Below are positions 28,522 through 42,474 of a DNA stretch of 64,000 nt, in pieces (within the stretch, counting starts at the first letter, position 1; every line of letters begins with the position of its first letter). Source of the DNA: Eledone cirrhosa (Eukaryota); NCBI GenBank assembly GCA_964016885.1, contig OZ024742.1, positions 213,094,001-213,158,000 on the forward strand, in the 5' to 3' direction. Made by a program: the position numbers and the translations under genes. The notes beneath the pieces are model-generated. The model was not told the DNA's origin. It saw only the letters and a program-made list of their open reading frames with translations, and made no database searches.

Positions 28522-30499
28522 GTGGGCGGCAGAGCCAAAGGAGAGTGTAGAGACCTACCTTTCCGCTTCCCGGGGTTCGGGTCGCACGACTTCCATGGGG
28601 TCGGGGGTGTTGGGTGAAGGGGTGTCTTGTGGTAGTGTGGGGTCGTCAGTGTGTGGTGGGGTTGGGGTGTTTGGAGTTGTGTTGGGGAGGGGAAGGGGCG
28701 GGGGAAGCTTTTTAGTAGGACGCGGTTTATGGGTTTGACAGAGGGTGGTCCTACATCCTCCTTAAAATCCTTTTTTAGTTTTTGGTAGAGGTTCATTGGG
28801 ATCTTTATTAATTTTAAATGGGCGGTGGATTGGCAGTATCGGTAAGGGTCGGACGCCATGCTTTGAAGCATAGAGTTACCTCCCTTTATGATCTGAGTTC
28901 AAATCCCGCCGAGGTTAACTTTGCCTTTCATCCTTACGGGGTCGATAAAATAAAGTACCAGTAATGCACTGGAATAATTGCTGGCCTTGTGCCAAAAGTA
29001 GAAACAATTAATTTTAAATGTGGGTAGTTTTCTGAAGAAACAAAGTTTACACCTTCGGTTTGTACCGAGTTTATGAGTTCATTTAATTTATTATTGTTTC
29101 TGTTGATGTAAGTATAGTGTAATGTCTTTTTTTCGGATGGTGTGAGTGTTTCGAAGAGGGGAGGGGCAGGTTTGGTTTTGTTTGTTGCTGGAGGGGTGTT
29201 TTCTGTTTTATTGGATTGTGTTGACATTTGGGTGAGGGTTGTTTGGCCTTGTGTGTTTTGCACATGTTTTCTTTTTTTCCTTTTAATCTGTCTGAAGGAC
29301 TCCGTTTCTTCGTCCGAATTCGTTGGGTTATCTTCAGTGTTGGGGGGAAGAGGTATGTTTGCTGGTAATGTTTCCGTGTTGGTTTTCTTTGTGGGGGAGA
29401 TGGATGTCACTATGTTAGACTGTGTTGTGTGTTGTGTCTGTGGTGGTTGTGTTGTTTTATTGAGTGAGGGGTTGGGTGGGCCTGTATTTTGTTTTGGGGT
29501 AATGTGTTGTGACTGTTTGTGTTGTGGTGGTGGTGTAGTTTTACTGAGGGACGGGTTGGGTGGGACTGAGTTTTGTTGTTTGTTTATCTGTTGTGGTGGT
29601 GGTGGTGGAGCTGGTGTTGGTAGCAGGTTTTCTTTTTGTTGAGTTGGGGGCAAGCGGCCTTCAGGTGCCCTCTGCCTGCACAGATATGACAGGATGGCCT
29701 TCTCCCCTCCACGCTAATGTTTATATACCCGTGGCCCTCTAATAGGATTCTGTCGGGTATTTGGGCGATGCGTTCAGGCTTCATTTGCACTACCAGCTCT
29801 ATACCTGTTCCACTGAACGCATTGCCTGTGGTTTTTCCAATGGAAATCACGTTGTCATTCACTGGATCGATGAAGCCAGCTATGAGCCAGCAGTACTCCA
29901 CATCTGGCATCATTGCATCCAGCCATATGCGTTGAGTTCTTTTACCCATATAAGATGGATAAAAGGTAACATTTTTCGAACGAATCGGTGACAAAGCACA
30001 TTTTTTTTGCCGCCGATTCGTTCTTCATGATAATTGCTAGGCTTCCATACAGTCTGTCTTTTCTTATGAAAGTGGTTTCATTAAGTACTTCTGTGAGTAC
30101 TGTTTTGATATCTGCCTGAGTTGGCTGTTCAGGTTTTTTTGAAGTGTTGTTAATGGTGTGGAACACGACCGTTCGACTTTCAATGTCTTTGGTGAGTTCT
30201 TGAGGCATTTTAACCGATAAAATACCATTCTCTCCTTCACTTATGTATTGTTTGGCGTCTGTGATTCTTCGTGCGACATCTGAAATATTTTCGGGTATAT
30301 ATGTCAAAGATTTCTTTGTTTTTTGTGCAAATGAAATCTTGTTGACTCTGTCGTCTGCTTTGCTTTCTGTTATGTTGTTTTCAAATGTTATTTTTGTGTT
30401 TGTTGTGTCTTTGTTTGTGGTATTAATATTGTCATGCAACTTTTCAAATTTTTTTTTTTTCGTTGTTGGAATCCATGTCCAGATTTGTGTTTTCGTCAT
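28509..30499 (-). pseudogene. Tx1 ORF1 (CCHC knuckle), frameshifted and SINE-interrupted
   Basis: VEGRRPSCHICAGRGHLKAAC zinc knuckle and a Pro/Thr-rich tail; homologous to ORF1 of copy 3. Confidence 0.8.
28821..29006 (+). mobile_element. SINE inserted into Tx1 ORF1 with 14-bp TSD
   Basis: ATTAATTTTAAATG at 28807-28820 and 29007-29020. Confidence 0.9.
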
Positions 30500-31399
30500 T
30501 TTTCTCCGCAGATTCGTCTGTTTTTATTTTGTTTTTTCCTTCCTTCTCTATGACGTTAGTTGGGAAGGAAGGGGGGGGGGGACTAAAGCGTGCGAGCTTA
30601 CAACTCTTACCGCTGTCCCCCCACCACTGTTTTCGTTCGCTTCGTTTAACATTTCTGTCAGACGATTGAAACATTTTTTTTTTTTTTGCCACAAAATTTA
30701 AAAAAACAGGTTTTTCACCTCTAGGAGGGGTAAATATGGGCTGACCCACCGTCTGACAGTTCAGACGGGGTGTCAAGCTACACAATAGTATCAAAATTAA
30801 ATTTGAACTCACAAAATTTCCGCAATAAATTTGAACAAAACTTCTGCGCGAAGTGAATTACATCCACACTGTAGAACAGACGACAGCTAGATTCAAACAA
30901 TGTATATAGATATATAGCTACTTAGATATCTTTGCAAAGACATAGCTGTTGTAGAAAAAAGAGCTAGAATAAAGGGAGATAAATATTCAGAAGTTGCAGT
31001 GTGAAGATGCAGCTCAGTGAGTGTGCACTCAATGCGTGTGTGGATGTTGGGTGTTTAGAGGAACTATGGCTGCGCGTTCAATCTGCGTGAGCAAGAGGTG
31101 AGGATACCAAAAAAGAATTGTTGTTCATGGCTTGATTAGACACGTCATGGAGACAGATTTCTAATATGCTTAATTTGTTGGTTGAATGTCTGTGAAACCG
31201 AAGGTAGTGGAAGATGGAGGAATTGTCTGCGAGGCGAATCCCACGGGGGTGTTCGGCGGAGTGATCTGACAGCTGGTCTACGTAAAGTGCAGGAAACAAC
31301 GAGCATCTTAACCACTAGACTAGGTTAGTGGGGTGCAACTAAAGGAGTCTGAAATGTGGAAGATGAGACTGTTCACCGAAGATGTTGTTCAGACACCCT

Positions 31400-31620
31400 G
31401 AAATGAAATCATCGAAATCAAAGGTGGATGTATACCTAATAAAATAAAATGGAGAGTACTGGAAAAGCCCATTCCATATAATCAACGGAATGAAGAAATG
31501 TGGTCTTTGCGAGAAAACCAGAATTTTCAAGGGCTTAAAATCATTTAAATAATAAGAGAGATTTTCAGGAACCACGTACACTTGAAAAAATACTCTTTTC
31601 CTGGACACGCCAATTCCAAG
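31400..31620 (+). mobile_element. Degenerate Naiad-like PLE C-terminus
   Basis: IKWRVLEK..INGMKKCGLC.EK..I...LNNKREIF parallels LKWEKLAK..CKLCNLE..LLNNRIE in 40085..40411. Confidence 0.55.
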
Positions 31621-32940
31621 ACCTATAGCCTTCACAACTAAATGTACAAAACTCACTTTGGAAATATCCTATTATGCAATATTCTCATCCATAACTTCTC
31701 TCAGTATATTACATATCTACTTTATATTTATCCTTTCATACTCACGACAGTTTTAGCAGACATTATCTCTCTGACCACAACCATACCATCTATAGACGCT
31801 TCTGTTGACCTGGAAATCGAAGGATTGTATTCATGCTGGCATATATGTAGTTCTACTAAAATAAGCTAATATATATATGTATATATGTGTATATGTTTTT
31901 GATCTGTATATACAATTATATTTTAATTTTTGTCTGTGTGTATCGAGACATCAAAAATGTATATCCATTCACACTAAACTTTTTACCAATATTCACTTTA
32001 ATTTTGTTAGAATATGACAAAACATATTTGCCATAAGTTCCTGATAGAACAGCATATAAATTTTATTTTGTGATTATACACTGCAGAAAATTTCTTGGAT
32101 TGAAAGTTTCGTTCCAAACCGCTCTAATATCACGTGTATTGACTGATTATCTCAATCTCACATTCTATCAATTCTTGTGCACAGTAACTTTTCTTCATAT
32201 TCTTTTATTTTTGCGTATGCGCGCGCGTGTGCGTCTGATTGCAACCTTTTTTGCTGTCATTTCTACAACAAACGCTCTTACAAATATGATGCCACTCTTC
32301 AATACTTTTCAATCTTCCACACACACTTGTCCTCCAGACGTAACCTAGACATCTCAAACCACACGTCGATGAACGAAACTTCGAAATATCTCCGAATTAG
32401 GACACGATAACCTAATCTCTTTAAATATCAACAAGACACAATAACTAGACATAAAAAAAAACTATTGTCACACTTCACGTTCACTACTCATGAACGACAG
32501 GTAGCTAACCGTGAAATTACTACAAAGGCTACTCCCAATTTCTGATAATCTCACTTGGTGAACTCATATATACAGAATTATAAATATAGGACTATTTCTT
32601 GACGTGTTCGTAACAAGTAGAAAATCTCTAGAGGCGGAGGGAGAAATTAACGCATGATAAAGTAGTCACAGACGGGTAGTAAGGTGGACAGTGAGTGAGC
32701 GAATAACGTATTTGCTAGAAAAAGCAGTTAATCCACTTCTGAGTTAACTCAACCATGGAGGAGTTTGGGACAATATAATAATGAAATACACACACATATT
32801 CATAAGTATATATGTGTGTGTGTGGGGGGAGTTGCGTAACGTTCAGTGCTTACCTACTATTACATCATGTTTACCGTTGCGGAATATGACCTATTCTACC
32901 CAGTGGTGAACCACCAAACTTATATATATATATATATATA

Positions 32941-33646
32941 AATGAAAGGTATAGAAAACATTGTAGCGAAAAGCCAACAGTATTCCATAATATATAAGTG
33001 ATTATAGCGTCAAAATGGGAAAAATAGTTAACGTAAGATGTGGGGAAAATAATTCAAACTCATCTCAAAAAGAATCAGGATATAGATTCATCCACAGAAT
33101 TTAATGAAATCCAGGGAAAAATCAATAGAGCCTTAACTCATGATAAAATAAAGTTTAAAATACTCATCCTGCAATTTGGAAAAACTTCAAATGCTCTGTA
33201 TAGTCTTAAAGACTATTTCACGAAAACTTTCAGTGGAGATGGTCACGGTTGGAATTCGATCCTCAGCAGAGCTCAACTCGATAACCAAGATTCTCACAGA
33301 TTAATATGCCAAAAAGGGAATTTAAAACAGGCTAGTTCACCATCATGCGTGATTATGAAAAATAAAACGCACATGAGGAAAGACAGGGCTGGTGACGTCA
33401 GAATGAGACGAATGTTTGTTTACAAGAAACAACAGTCAAAAAACATTCCGAAAAAAACTCTACAATAAGGAGTTCAGCAAAAAGCAATATTATCGCGGTT
33501 TTTTATAAAAAAATACCGGGATTAGTCACAAATAATTTAAGCACTCTAGGAAAGAAATCCGAGTATAAATATATAAATGAAAGGTATAGAAAACATTGTA
33601 GCGAAAAGCTATTAAACAATACTTCAAGCAAGCTACAAAACTCTGA
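32941..33646 (+). mobile_element. PLE family J fragment(s): pLTR end plus degenerate ORF start
   Basis: The 34-bp AATGAAAGGTATAGAAAACATTGTAGCGAAAAGC occurs at 32941 and about 33577. The VRCG.KIIQTHL remnant resembles a PLE N-terminus. Confidence 0.5.
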
Positions 33647-33664
33647 TATATATATATATATATA

Positions 33665-33945
33665 TCAGAGTTTTGTAGCTTGCTTGAAGCATTGTTTAAT
33701 AGCTTTTCGCTACAATGTTTTCTATACCTTCCTTTAATAGGAAGCACAAATTAAAATTTTGAAGACCAAAACAATGCGTATGAAGAATGTTAAATTGCCA
33801 AGATAACAAAAGGATCTTACCTTAGCAAATTTAACGATCCCAAGTATTTTCGGGTTTAAAAACCCATTATCAAGGGAGTAACCCTATGAGAGAATGAAAA
33901 AATCTATCGGATTGACTTGGTTGTTTGGAGAGCAGATTTAAGTTA
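33665..33945 (-). mobile_element. PLE pLTR family J with U3-A8 HHR (33838-33877)
   Basis: TCCC-TTGATAA-T-GGGTT/TTTA/AACCC-GAAA-ATAC-TT-GGGA, then AAG|GTAAG and an AATGCTTCAAG tail. Confidence 0.78.
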
Positions 33946-33948
33946 TAT

Positions 33949-34630
<682 letters not shown>

Positions 34631-34775
34631 ACACACATACACACACACACAGACACACACACATATACACATACCCACACACAAACACACTTACACACAT
34701 GCACACAGACACACACTCACAGAGAGAGAGAGAAACACACACACACAGTCACTCACACACCCACTCACTTACACA

Positions 34776-34853
<78 letters not shown>

Positions 34854-34920
34854 TTGTATGGTACCAAACATCTCACCTCACCAACACAGATGTGTTGTTT
34901 TCCTTTATGAGTCGCCTATA

Positions 34921-35300
34921 GGCGGCTAATTTCCAAAGTCGTTAGAACGTCAGATAGAATGCTTTGTAGTATTCATCTCGGCTCACTGCTCTCTGAGTTC
35001 AAATCCCGCCGAGGTCAACTTTACTTTACATCTATTAATAGTCGATAAAAAAAGTACCAGTCAAGTACTGGGTTCGATTCCTTCTCTATATGTTTCTCAC
35101 TTTCTTTTTCTCACTCTCTCTATCCTTCTCTGGAACAAATCTACAAATCTACTGTATTCAGGGCTGGAGAGGAGATGGGCTCAGCCAGGTTTAAAAAATG
35201 CCCTAGAAACGCCGTATGTCAATATGGCGCCCCTAAGACTCTATCAAGAGTTACGGGCCCATGCATACCATACATACCATACATACCATACCATACCATA
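34921..35300 (+). mobile_element. SINE subfamily with extended 3' domain and (CATAC)n tail
   Basis: SINE head plus the GATGGGCTC..CCAGG..AGAAACGCCGTATGTCAATATGGCG domain, also seen at 56630-56790 and 59640-59765. Confidence 0.7.
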
Positions 35301-35769
35301 CATTTACAACTCTTACTTTTGAGAACTAACACGCTGCACAAAACATACATGTAAAGTCAGCCGTTGCACCCAGTCAACCATTCCTACTGTGTTTGAACCG
35401 ACGAAACCCCCATTCGCAACATCTTCAACAATGGTTTGTACCCAGAACTGCAAACACCTTGAACTCACTTCCTTCTCAGGATTTTCCCAGTGCCACCAAA
35501 CCGTTCTGTCGGGAGTTTATCAATGTTAGGGAAGTGAAATGAAATAGTTAACACTGAACATTCAAACCGAATATCTTGACACTTTAGTGGAGTCACTGGA
35601 TTTGCTGCATTAGCTAAACACAGTAGGCAGTATTCTCCTAAATCACATCCAACCGTCTTGAAAGAGCAAGACGACGTCTGAAGATGGGATGAGCTGGTCA
35701 CAACTGTAATATATAGGGATGGCTAGGGACTAAACAAGTAGTAACAGCAGTAGCGGAGGCAGCAGACGA

Positions 35770-36092
35770 AGAAGCAGAAAAAGGAGGAGGAGGAGGAGGA
35801 AGAGAAATACGTAGAAGGAGGAGGAGGAGAATGAGGAGGAGGAGGAGGAGGAAGAGAAATACGTAGAAGGAGGAGGAGGAGAATGAGGAGGAGGAGGAGG
35901 AGAAAGACGTAGAAGGAGGAGGAGGAGAATGAGGAGGAGGAGGAGGAGGAGGAGGAGGAGAAGAAGAAGAAGAAGAAGAAGAAGAAGAAGAAGAAGAAGA
36001 AGAAGAAGAAGAAGAAGAAGAAGAAGAAGAACAAGAACAAGAAGAAGAAGAAGAAGAACAAGAACAACAACAAGAACAACAACAATAACAAC
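35770..36092. repeat. Compound (GAG)n/(AAG)n/(AAC)n repeat with a ~50-bp higher-order unit
   Basis: ACGTAGAAGGAGGAGGAGAATGAGG recurs three times, followed by pure AAG. Confidence 0.9.
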
Positions 36093-36201
36093 AACCGGAA
36101 GCATATTTACTGCTCTATGTCATTCGTCATATTTTACTTATAGCTAGCTCATCGGCTTTAGTTTGCAACAAAAGTCGTGATTTACATCTCACTATCTTCG
36201 T

Positions 36202-36239
<38 letters not shown>

Positions 36240-36469
36240 CACACGAATACGAACACATGTACACGCGTGTGCACACGCATGCACACGCGTGCACACGCGT
36301 GTACATACACAAACGCCCACATACACATATATGCACATACTCCCTCATATACACACTCTCCCGTATACACATTCACAAAATATATCTCTAATCTATGATA
36401 ATGTAGATGATAATAATGTTGAAGATGATAATACTGAATGTGATAATAAGGAAGATGATAATAATAGTT

Positions 36470-36872
36470 TCACAAGGCCAGCAATTCTTTGTGGGTTTAA
36501 ATCGACTAAATCGATTAAATCGACCCCAGTACGTTACTGGTGCTTTATTTTATCGACCCCGTAAGGATGAAAGGCAAAGTTAACCCCGGCGGGATTTGAA
36601 CTCAGACCGTAAAGAGCCGTAGCTCTATGCTGCAAAGCATGGCGTCCGACCCTCTACCTATACTGCCAATCCACCGCCCAATAATAATTGTTTCTACTTT
36701 TGGCACTAGGCCAGCAATTATCCCAGTGTATTACTGGTACTTTATTTTATCGACCCCGTAAGGATGAAAGGCAAAGTTAACCTCGGCGGGATTTGAACTC
36801 AGAATAGCAAGGGCCGTAACTCAATGCGTCAAAGCTTGGCGTCCGACCCTCTACCGATACTGCCAATCCACC
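36470..36872 (-). mobile_element. Two tandem SINE copies
   Basis: Family consensus on - at 36470-36680 and 36685-36872. Confidence 0.85.
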
Positions 36873-37107
36873 AATGATAACTATGATAGCTATCATCATC
36901 ATAGTTATCCTTTCCAGCATTCATCTGTATTAAACTAATTTATTTTCCTTGTAAAAAAAAAAGGTTTTCTTGTTCTCGCTTTTCTATATATCACCCCCGT
37001 CATTATCTATGTATCTATCTTTCTATCTATTTATCTCTCTCTCTATCTATATAACTTTCTATTATCTATCTGACTGTCTGTCTATCTGTCTGACTATCTG
37101 CCTGTCA

Positions 37108-37279
<172 letters not shown>

Positions 37280-37979
37280 AGATTTGAATGGATACAGTTT
37301 AGTTGAAAGGAATTTACTGACACGTGTTTCTATAACAGTTACATAACCTGAAAACAGCTGATATCTACAAAGTATTAGTTATGCAGACATTCAATATTTC
37401 AATGTTATTATTTACTGTCATTTCATCAGAATAATATTACTGAGGACCTGTTTGGTTTTTATAGAGAATATTAGGAGGGAGGGGTGAAGTTGTTAGAAGA
37501 ATAGTTGAGGGAGTGGTTTTTTGATAGCAGTGAGAATTTTTGGTGGCAGTGAGTAATTAGATTCCCATCTGTTGTTTTGACATTTTTATAGAATATATTA
37601 TTGGTTATTTTTCTAAATCTATAGAAGGATTAGAGATAGTAAAGATATGCATGGTTGGTTTTGTGTTTGCACTTAATTAACATTCAGACTTAAATTTTTC
37701 TTTCAAGTGTACGTATCCTATCACCCACGCATTCACACACAAACATATTTGCACACCTCTACAAAATACATATACTCACATTCACATAGTAACATGTTCA
37801 TACTTACATACATATACACATGCATACATATATATACACACATGTATTCATGTACATACATACGCGTTCATGTGTATACATTTTTATACTCAACTTATCT
37901 TTATATACACACGTATAGACACACACATATATACATACATACTCTAGTCTATGTGTATATATATACATATACATATATA

Positions 37980-38059
<80 letters not shown>

Positions 38060-38411
38060 CACTTTAATACATGAATACACTTACATCTAACTATACATAT
38101 CAAACATATATATATATGTACTTATTTATATATATTTTCACACATATATATACATACTTATGGTCGCTTTTAGACACATTCATTATCGCATTTTTGTACC
38201 TATTCTCATCAGCATATCTTTCCATTATTAGTGTGGTAATTTGAGGTTATTAATATACATATATATGTTGAGAAGAGATTGTTTTTATATTTTTCTAACT
38301 AGATTGAGGTTTATATAGTTGGGGGGATGTCCCTCTTTTATGTAATATTCGGCTTGTAGTGGGAAAAAAGGGTTTTAGTTCGGTGACGGCAAAAAAGGGT
38401 TTTAGTTCGGT

Positions 38412-40411
38412 GACGACCTTAAAAACACCAAAGGAATTGTAGTAAAAGCGGACAAAACATCAAACCTGTATACTATGGATTGCACTACATACAACAACTT
38501 CATTCGAAAAGAATTACATAAAAAATATAGAAAAACGAATGAAGTAACTCTTAAGCACATCAATGATGAGGCATGCGAAATAGTGAAAAATCTCGGAATC
38601 GAAGATAGGACAGGACCACTCTTACCGGCGGTACCCACCTTCAATCTTAAGGACCATAAGGTAAACTTTGATAATGTCCCTAAAATTAGATTAATCTGCC
38701 CCTCTAAATCAGATATAGGTAAAATAAGCAAATATATCTTAGATAGAATCATCCCCCAAATTAAGGCTAAGGTTAACATTAAACTCTGGGGGAAGACCCA
38801 AGAAGCAATAAGATGGTTTAATAGCATTAGCAATAAGAATAAATCTAAGTTTATCCAGTTTGATATCGATGAATATTACTCATCGATATCACCTGAAACT
38901 TCGAATAGAGCCATTAAGTTTGCTAAGGATAACTCTGACCTTACAAACGATGAAATTAAGATTATATTAGAAGCTAGGAAAACTATAGTCAAATTTGAGA
39001 ACAGTTATTGGTTACGTAAAGATAGACCCACTAACTTTGACATAACAATGGGCTCTAACGATTCAGCGGAAATAACTGATATTGTGGGGTTATTTATCAC
39101 CTTTAGACTCCAGGAAAATTTCAGCAATCTCCACGGCGGAATATACCGCGACGATGTTCTCCTCCTAGTTAAAAACCTAAATAACCAAAAACTAGAAAAA
39201 CTACGCAAAGATATAAAAAAACTACTACTCGAAATAGGACTAACTATAACATATGAATACAACCTTAAAGTAGTTAACTTCCTGGATGTCACACTCAATT
39301 TAAACTCTGGTCTGATTAAACCGTTTCATAAATTGAATGAAAATCTCAAATACGTAAATGTTGGGTCTAACCACCCCATCTCTATAATTAAATCTATCCC
39401 TAAAAATATTTCCCTTAGAATCTCGGGTCTATCTTCTAACATACAGGTATTTAAGGAACACGCCGAGTACTACGATAACGCCCTTAGTAAAGCAGGCTAC
39501 CTCAACAAAATAGAGTATATAGATGGGAACAATCAAAACACCCAAAATATATCCCACATAGGTAGATATAATAACACAACACCAAACCACACTTACTACC
39601 ATAGTATGCACACCAGTAAACCAACAAACAAAACTAATAGAAAGCGATGCAAAGAGTACTTATGGTATAACCCCGAATACAATAGTTCCATTAGTACAAA
39701 TTTACCAGTACTCTTCTTTAAAATAATTAAGAGACATTTTCCTACATCACACACATACCACAAAATCCTAAACCCTACCACTATAAGACTGTCATACTCT
39801 ACAGCGTTAAACCTTGAACAACACATAAAAAAGATCAATACTAGAAGGTTAAACGAAAACACTAAAAACTTAAGTACAAAGAACACAAAAAAACAGTAGA
39901 CAATACACTACAGAACATAAATAAACCACACCTAAGTTCGTCCGCAATACTACTCCAGAGAAAACCCAACGTACACAACTGTAACTGCACCTATCCTGAC
40001 AACTGCCCCCTCGGCAATAACTGCCTGGAAAAAAAAATTATTTATAAGTGTACCATTAAATCCGGAGGCAACGAGTGGTATTACGTGGGATCAACGGCAA
40101 CATCGTTTAAATCTCGATTATATAGGCATTCTTACTCAATAAAACACCAGAGCCAAAGAAATGTAACAACTTTAGCAGAAAAAGCTTGGACGCTCAGGGA
40201 TAGCGATCAAAAGTTTACTCTAAAATGGGAGAAATTAGCTAAAACCCAAAGCTTTTCCAGGAGCCAAAATTTCTGCAAATTGTGTAATCTTGAGATTTAT
40301 TACATAATCACACACAAGAAGAAATTGCTGAATAACAGAATTGAACGAACATTATTCTGCCGTCACCGAACTAAAACCCTTTTTTCCCACTACAAGCCGA
40401 ATATTACATAA
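38412..40411 (+). pseudogene. PLE RT + GIY-YIG endonuclease, 5'-truncated, disrupted near 39899
   Basis: LKDHK, RLICPSKS, QFDIDEYYSSI, TMGS.DSAE, GIYRDD, NFLDVTL; CNC....CP...NC; IIYKC..YYVGSTAT.FK.R. Confidence 0.9.
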
Positions 40412-40687
40412 AAGAGGGACATCCCCCCAACTATATAAACCTCAATCTAGTTAGAAAAATATAAAAACAATCTCTTCTCAACATATATATGTATATTAAT
40501 AACCTCAAATTACCACACTAATAATGGAAAGATATGCTGATGAGAATAGGTACAAAAATGCGATAATGAATGTGTCTAAAAGCGACCATAAGTATGTATA
40601 TATATGTGAAAATGTATATAAATAAGTAAATATATATATATGTTTGATGTGTATAGTTAGATGTAAGTGTATTCATGCATTAAAGTG

Positions 40688-40773
<86 letters not shown>

Positions 40774-41320
40774 TATATATGTATATGTATATATATACAC
40801 ATAGACTAGAGTATGTATGTATATATGTGTGTGTCTATACGTGTGTATATAAAGATAAGTTGAGTATAAAAATGTATACACATGAACGCGTATGTATGTA
40901 CATGAATACATGTGTGTATATATATGTATGCATGTGTATATGTATGTAAGTATGAACATGTTACTATGTGAATGTGAGTATATGTATTTTGTAGAGGTGT
41001 GCAAATATGTTTGTGTGTGAATGCGTGGGTGATAGGATACGTACACTTGAAAGAAAAATTTAAGTCTGAATGTTAATTAAGTGCAAACACAAAACCAACC
41101 ATGCATATCTTTACTATCTCTAATCCTTCTATAGATTTAGAAAAATAACCAATAATATATTCTATAAAAATGTCAAAACAACAGATGGGAATCTAATTAC
41201 TCACTGCCACCAAAAATTCTCACTGCTATCAAAAAACCACTCCCTCAACTATTCTTCTAACAACTTCATCCCTCCCTCCTAATATTCTCTATAAAAACCA
41301 AACAGGTCCTCAGTAATATT

Positions 41321-41364
41321 ATTCTGATGAAATGACAGTAAATAATAACATTGAAATATTGAAT
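41321..41364 (+). ncRNA. Hammerhead-like motif in pLTR (mirror about 37390-37433 on -)
   Basis: ATT-CTGATGA-AATG...CATT-GAAA-TAT-TG-AAT. G at position 17 may block cleavage. A second half motif GAAA-CACGTG-TC lies at 41423-41434. Confidence 0.5.
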
Positions 41365-41605
41365 GTCTGCGTAACTAATACGTTGTAGATAGCAGCTGTT
41401 TTCAGGTTATGTAACTGTTATAGAAACACGTGTCAATAAATTCCTTTCAACTAAACTGTATCCATTCAAATCTTTCTATTTTTCTCCGGATTACTTTTGG
41501 AACTACAACTGGAACCGTCGAGCAAACTCTACGTGAGCTGTCAATCTACTCTGTGTAATATTTATATTACAACACAACGGAAAATACTGTATATATATAT
41601 ATATA

Positions 41606-42268
41606 TAAACAATTAAGTTAAAAATGTACATCTACATATGCATACTGAAATACTAGTGTGTATATGAATACACACACGTATACATATGTAGGTGTACCAA
41701 GTCTTTCACTGGTCGCTTTACAGTGAGCGGCCCAGCTATTCTGTATGTAAACACACAGACAAACCGGTTTTTAGAGTCATACTGGTTTTTCGGGGGAACA
41801 CCTTCCCCCTATTCTCCAGAAAGCCAGACAAGGAATATTGAACTAGTTTCGTTGTTGTTACAACTCATCAGCAATATTTACCTATCTACCGGCCTTTCTG
41901 GAGAATTGTGAAAGGCCGGTAGATAGGTAAATATTGCTGATGAGTTGTAACAACAACGAAACTAGTTCAATATTCCTTGTCTGGCTTTCTAGAGAATAGG
42001 GGGAAGGTGTTCCCCCGAAAAACCAGTATGACTCTAAAAACCGGTTTGTCTGTGTGTTTACATACAGAATAGCTGGGCCGCTCACTGTAAAGCGACCAGT
42101 GAAAGACTTGGTACACCTACATATGTATACGTGTGTGTATTCATATACACACTAGTATTTCAGTATGCATATGTAGATGTACATTTTTAACTTAATTGTT
42201 TAAGCGTCAGTCATACAAAAGTGAGTTACAAACGAAACGAAATTTAATTTCGTTTCGTTATTTGTTTT
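41606..42268 (+). mobile_element. Non-coding near-perfect palindromic HHR element, family H
   Basis: 293-bp arms at 41606-41898 and 41910-42202 with one visible mismatch, an 11-nt spacer, a 66-nt tail with a hairpin, and (TA)n flanks. Confidence 0.88.
41930..41974 (+). ncRNA. Canonical minimal type I hammerhead ribozyme (mirror 41834-41878 on -)
   Basis: AATATTG-CTGATGA-GTTGT/AACA/ACAAC-GAAA-CTAG-TT-CAATATT: 7-bp stem I, 5-bp stem II and a palindromic stem III loop. Confidence 0.9.
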
Positions 42269-42474
42269 TATATATATATATATTTATCTATCTCTGGGAT
42301 GGACACACGCGTGAAACTTGCTGGGTAAGTTCTGCCTAAATTTCTATAGAAACTCTTAACTGTGAACCTTCATTTTTATACCAATTTGTAGAGGGACTGC
42401 CAGGTCAATATTCTAAGCCTTTAGGCGAAATAGTTCATAAAATTTTTTGGGACAAACCAACATTTAAAAAAAAA

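Larger units (their letters stand above)
24865..30897 (-). mobile_element. Full-length Tx1/L1-clade LINE copy 2 with 20-bp TSD
   Basis: CAATGTATATAGATATATAG at 24845-24864 and 30898-30917. Contains ORF1 and ORF2. 3' end AATAAAGAAAT. Confidence 0.93.

Noticed and set aside
32365-32392. TCGATGA..GAAATATC possible HHR
   Set aside because: The core and stems are too degenerate to support a call.
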